Positions 62,501 to 64,000 of a DNA stretch of 64,000 nt are shown here, in pieces. The notes beneath the pieces were generated by a model, which saw only the letters and a list, made by a program, of their open reading frames with translations, had not been told where the DNA came from and did no database searches. Source of the stretch: a virus; IMG/VR virus record IMGVR_UViG_3300037470_001039, positions 1 to 64,000 of that record, one strand, 5' to 3'. The position numbers and the translations under genes are program-made. Numbering within the stretch: the first letter of the stretch is position 1; the number at the start of each line of letters is the position of its first letter.

Positions 62501-63835
62501 TACGGCGGCGGTCCCTCGGCCATCATCCGCGTCATCAAGGGCTGCTCGGAGCAGGAGGCGGCGCGGCACCACCGGTCCTTCAACGAGGCCTACTCCACGC
62601 TGAAGAACTGGTGGGACGAGGTGAAGACGTTCGGTCGCAAGCGCGGCTACGTCACCACGGCGTTCGGACGTCACTACCCCATCCCCGACATCCTGCTGCC
62701 GACGAAGTTCGGCAAGGTCAAGCAGCAGCTACTCGACGAGTATCCCGAGAAGCTCGCCAGGTGGGAGAAGAAGTACGAGGCCGCGAGGACGCCGAAGCAG
62801 CAGGCCCATCTGCTCGAGATCAAGCCCGCCCCCCCGACGGACGCGGCCGTCAAGAAGCAGATGGAGATCAACCGGAAGTTCAAGGCGAAGGCCGAGCGCA
62901 ACGCCACGAACGGTCCGATCCAGGGACTCTCCGCCGACATCACCAAGCTGGCGATGGCGCTGATCTACCGCGAGTGCAAGAAGCGCGGGTGGTTCGAGAA
63001 GGTCTACATGATCATCACGATCCATGACGAACTCGTGTTCGAGGTCGAGGACGACATCCTCGCCGACGCCGTCGAGACGTTCCAGCGCATCATGACGCGG
63101 AACAAGACCATCCTGAACATGAAGTGGCCGGTGCCGCTGACGACCGACTGCGAGGTCGGCTTCGACTGGACGGTGCCGTGGGACATCAAGGACTTCAAGT
63201 ACAGGCGCGTGCGCCCCGACGGCTTCCAGACGGACGAGAAGGGACGGCTGTTCCGCGACAAGGAGACGGGCGAGCTCAAGGCCAAGCGGTGGCCCGAGAA
63301 GTTCGTGAAAATCTTCGGGCCGGCCTACGGCTTCGCCCCGGTCGTCGAGAACCTGACCGAGGAAGAGGGTCGCAAGTTCTTCGGAGCCGAGTGGAAGCCG
63401 CTCACGGAGGCTCCCACGGAGCCCACGGCTCCCGTTCAGGCCCCCGGGCCCTCTCCGGCCCCACAGACGGCACAGGAGACTCCAGAGACGGCCCAGAAGG
63501 CTCCACAGGCCGTCCCGGCCGAGGAGATGTCTGAGGAGGCCGCCTCGACACCGAATTCTCCTGCGGCGCCCTCCAAGGCCCCTGCGGCGCCGACGACGTC
63601 TCATCGACCCTCCGCCTCGACTCTCAAGCAGGGGGAGGTTTTCGAGTACCGTCTGCGCGAGCTGGGCATCGGCGTGGCGGACAAGCTCGCGCACGTCATC
63701 GTGCACTGTCGCGGCCGCGGATCGCATCCTCTGCGCATCGTCGGGCCGAGCGGCGAGCGGTTGCCTTGGCCCGACGCGAGTATCATGGTGAACGATGTCG
63801 AGTTCCTCCACATCGCGGGGCACTACGGGATCTGA
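59567..63835 (+). CDS. polA: Family A DNA polymerase (3'-5' exonuclease + polymerase) with intein
   Basis: DLETTGL, HNAKFD, TGRF, DCGGVELR (motif A), RQEAK|SVNFAMAYG (B), IQG..ADITK, IHDELVFE (C). Confidence 0.95.
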   Translation: MNFLESFEDATRPDIPKKPWFDEVSMGLVDSIEMLNRVVDECIETGRYGLDLETTGLDNRVFDGETKDKIVGFCLAPDGKRGYYAPLRHQKGEEHNLPIQAAYACIRRLVEADSVAVFHNAKFDHEFLQFPGGEGIGMWDDPKTFDDTNLLGWLRNTRDKNLNLKHMSANELGKEMVELEDLFGKDHQDKLDFSELDPSWEPCIWYTCSDAICTLLLYEKVHPEVVAPDGKRSLGQEVIYNLEKMTLPATRWMERARLWVDQERVAELMQLGQVELFQAMCDIYDFCNEALGSKRPLDRDEHGNTHPGTVEPGWFRVLRKKFVPDNPDYDINKQIEDCRQEAKRKNMDDLDAKGHYFKLDVPEGDPDHGSPQKYDILSRQQLGPLFEELRIPDLNRTAKSDQVQTTQAEIEWLDEKHGHKYPFLPKIKRLGELQKALGTYLISLHRDVGPDGTLRANYKQMGTDTGRFTTPSSKNPEEDGGTKFPIHGAPATYDKKRPQCLLGIRSAFRARPGRTMVAIDCGGVELRIATIYSGEPKWLREYFRCSSCGNEFEAGDGTITPEAPPAYCPKCGDDRIGDLHTLTGITFFGEDKVGTKQWKQMRQEAKCVHPDTLVLTPSGLERIGAKFEFGKRDEFLDVENPEDAAIWNGDAMQPVKASYNGGSKKLFHVVTHRGIVTCSDKHRFKLKNGRLMSIEKGLAEGVGLVLPNVPRMPVFRGWKQIQYRAGEDVPPTYIALGPDLAYFAGVYLGDGMKRGGWSVGISHGHVEKTDKMGIPYAEWQDHLVALCEELQFRPVRRKQSVYLGSRKVIGFLGALGLVGDDEKRRLRVPDWVLQGGQLSALQFLGGLIDTDGTVDKEDAEIAITTKDAVFGGQLMALLRALGFMPRMEPCWNKTYKRWYYRLHIRASEALRLKDVIRHRGKVDRLRKAKLGTKEPENQVLAIIPAGRQPCVDVSMKGREHLYWCNGLITHNSVNFAMAYGGGPSAIIRVIKGCSEQEAARHHRSFNEAYSTLKNWWDEVKTFGRKRGYVTTAFGRHYPIPDILLPTKFGKVKQQLLDEYPEKLARWEKKYEAARTPKQQAHLLEIKPAPPTDAAVKKQMEINRKFKAKAERNATNGPIQGLSADITKLAMALIYRECKKRGWFEKVYMIITIHDELVFEVEDDILADAVETFQRIMTRNKTILNMKWPVPLTTDCEVGFDWTVPWDIKDFKYRRVRPDGFQTDEKGRLFRDKETGELKAKRWPEKFVKIFGPAYGFAPVVENLTEEEGRKFFGAEWKPLTEAPTEPTAPVQAPGPSPAPQTAQETPETAQKAPQAVPAEEMSEEAASTPNSPAAPSKAPAAPTTSHRPSASTLKQGEVFEYRLRELGIGVADKLAHVIVHCRGRGSHPLRIVGPSGERLPWPDASIMVNDVEFLHIAGHYGI
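61385..62479 (+). mobile_element. Intein (365 aa) in polymerase motif B
   Basis: AK|CVHPDTLV...NGLITHN|S; FAGVYLGDG and FLGGLIDTDG blocks. Confidence 0.93.
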
Positions 63836-63838
63836 ACA

Positions 63839-64000
63839 ATGCTCAAGCCACTCACGACCGCCTTCCAAGGCCGGGAGATCACTCTCGAGTGCACCCACAA
63901 GCGGGAGTTCCCGCCTCCGCAGATGTACGGGTCTACGCCCGAGGACATCGACACCCTCTGGAAGCAGGGCACGATCGACCAGAACCAGTACCAGCACCTC
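63839..64000 (+). CDS. Hypothetical protein, 3'-truncated by the window edge
   Basis: ATG 3 nt after the polymerase stop; open to the end (MLKPLTTAFQGREITLECTHK...). Confidence 0.5.
   Translation, partial: MLKPLTTAFQGREITLECTHKREFPPPQMYGSTPEDIDTLWKQGTIDQNQYQHL

Noticed and set aside
373-63997. Many long minus-strand ORFs (e.g. 373..4050, 7922..10522, 59531..62320) and Arg-rich alternative + frames
   Set aside because: Shadow ORFs of GC3-rich genes; they fully overlap motif-bearing + strand genes and show no recognisable domains.
1-64000. tRNA/rRNA genes
   Set aside because: Intergenic gaps are short (mostly under 100 nt) and none shows a cloverleaf or T-loop signature.

Overview
A GC-rich, gene-dense segment with essentially all genes on the + strand. 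It looks like a large (probably jumbo) contractile-tailed phage or a phage-derived element. 1-32.7 kb is a baseplate/tail module: gp25-like and baseplate-J-like proteins, several 1000-1900 aa virion proteins (two paralogous), a free-standing double-HNH gene and a holin-like membrane protein, ending at a strong intrinsic terminator. 32.8-64 kb is a replication, DNA-modification and accessory module: GroEL-like chaperonin, peptidoglycan-binding protein, SNF2 helicase (2 inteins), five DNA methyltransferase (MTase) genes or fragments (one with an intein), DnaB-like helicase (intein), a second HNH, a Tat-signal protein, a tyrosine-phosphatase-like gene broken by a 17-bp tandem repeat, an NAD-ligase derivative lacking its catalytic core, PspC, a stand-alone primase CHC2 zinc finger and a family A DNA polymerase (intein). 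Most unusual observations: (i) an adenine MTase split at a conserved ARK(P) junction into one catalytic N-half and two alternative downstream modules; (ii) a mini-LigA with only Ia+HhH+BRCT; (iii) sliding-clamp-like C-terminal tails on three MTases; (iv) a repeat-number ON/OFF configuration in the phosphatase; (v) two recurrent promoter-like motifs, one suggesting leaderless transcripts. All functional calls come from motif recognition by eye; no database searches were run.
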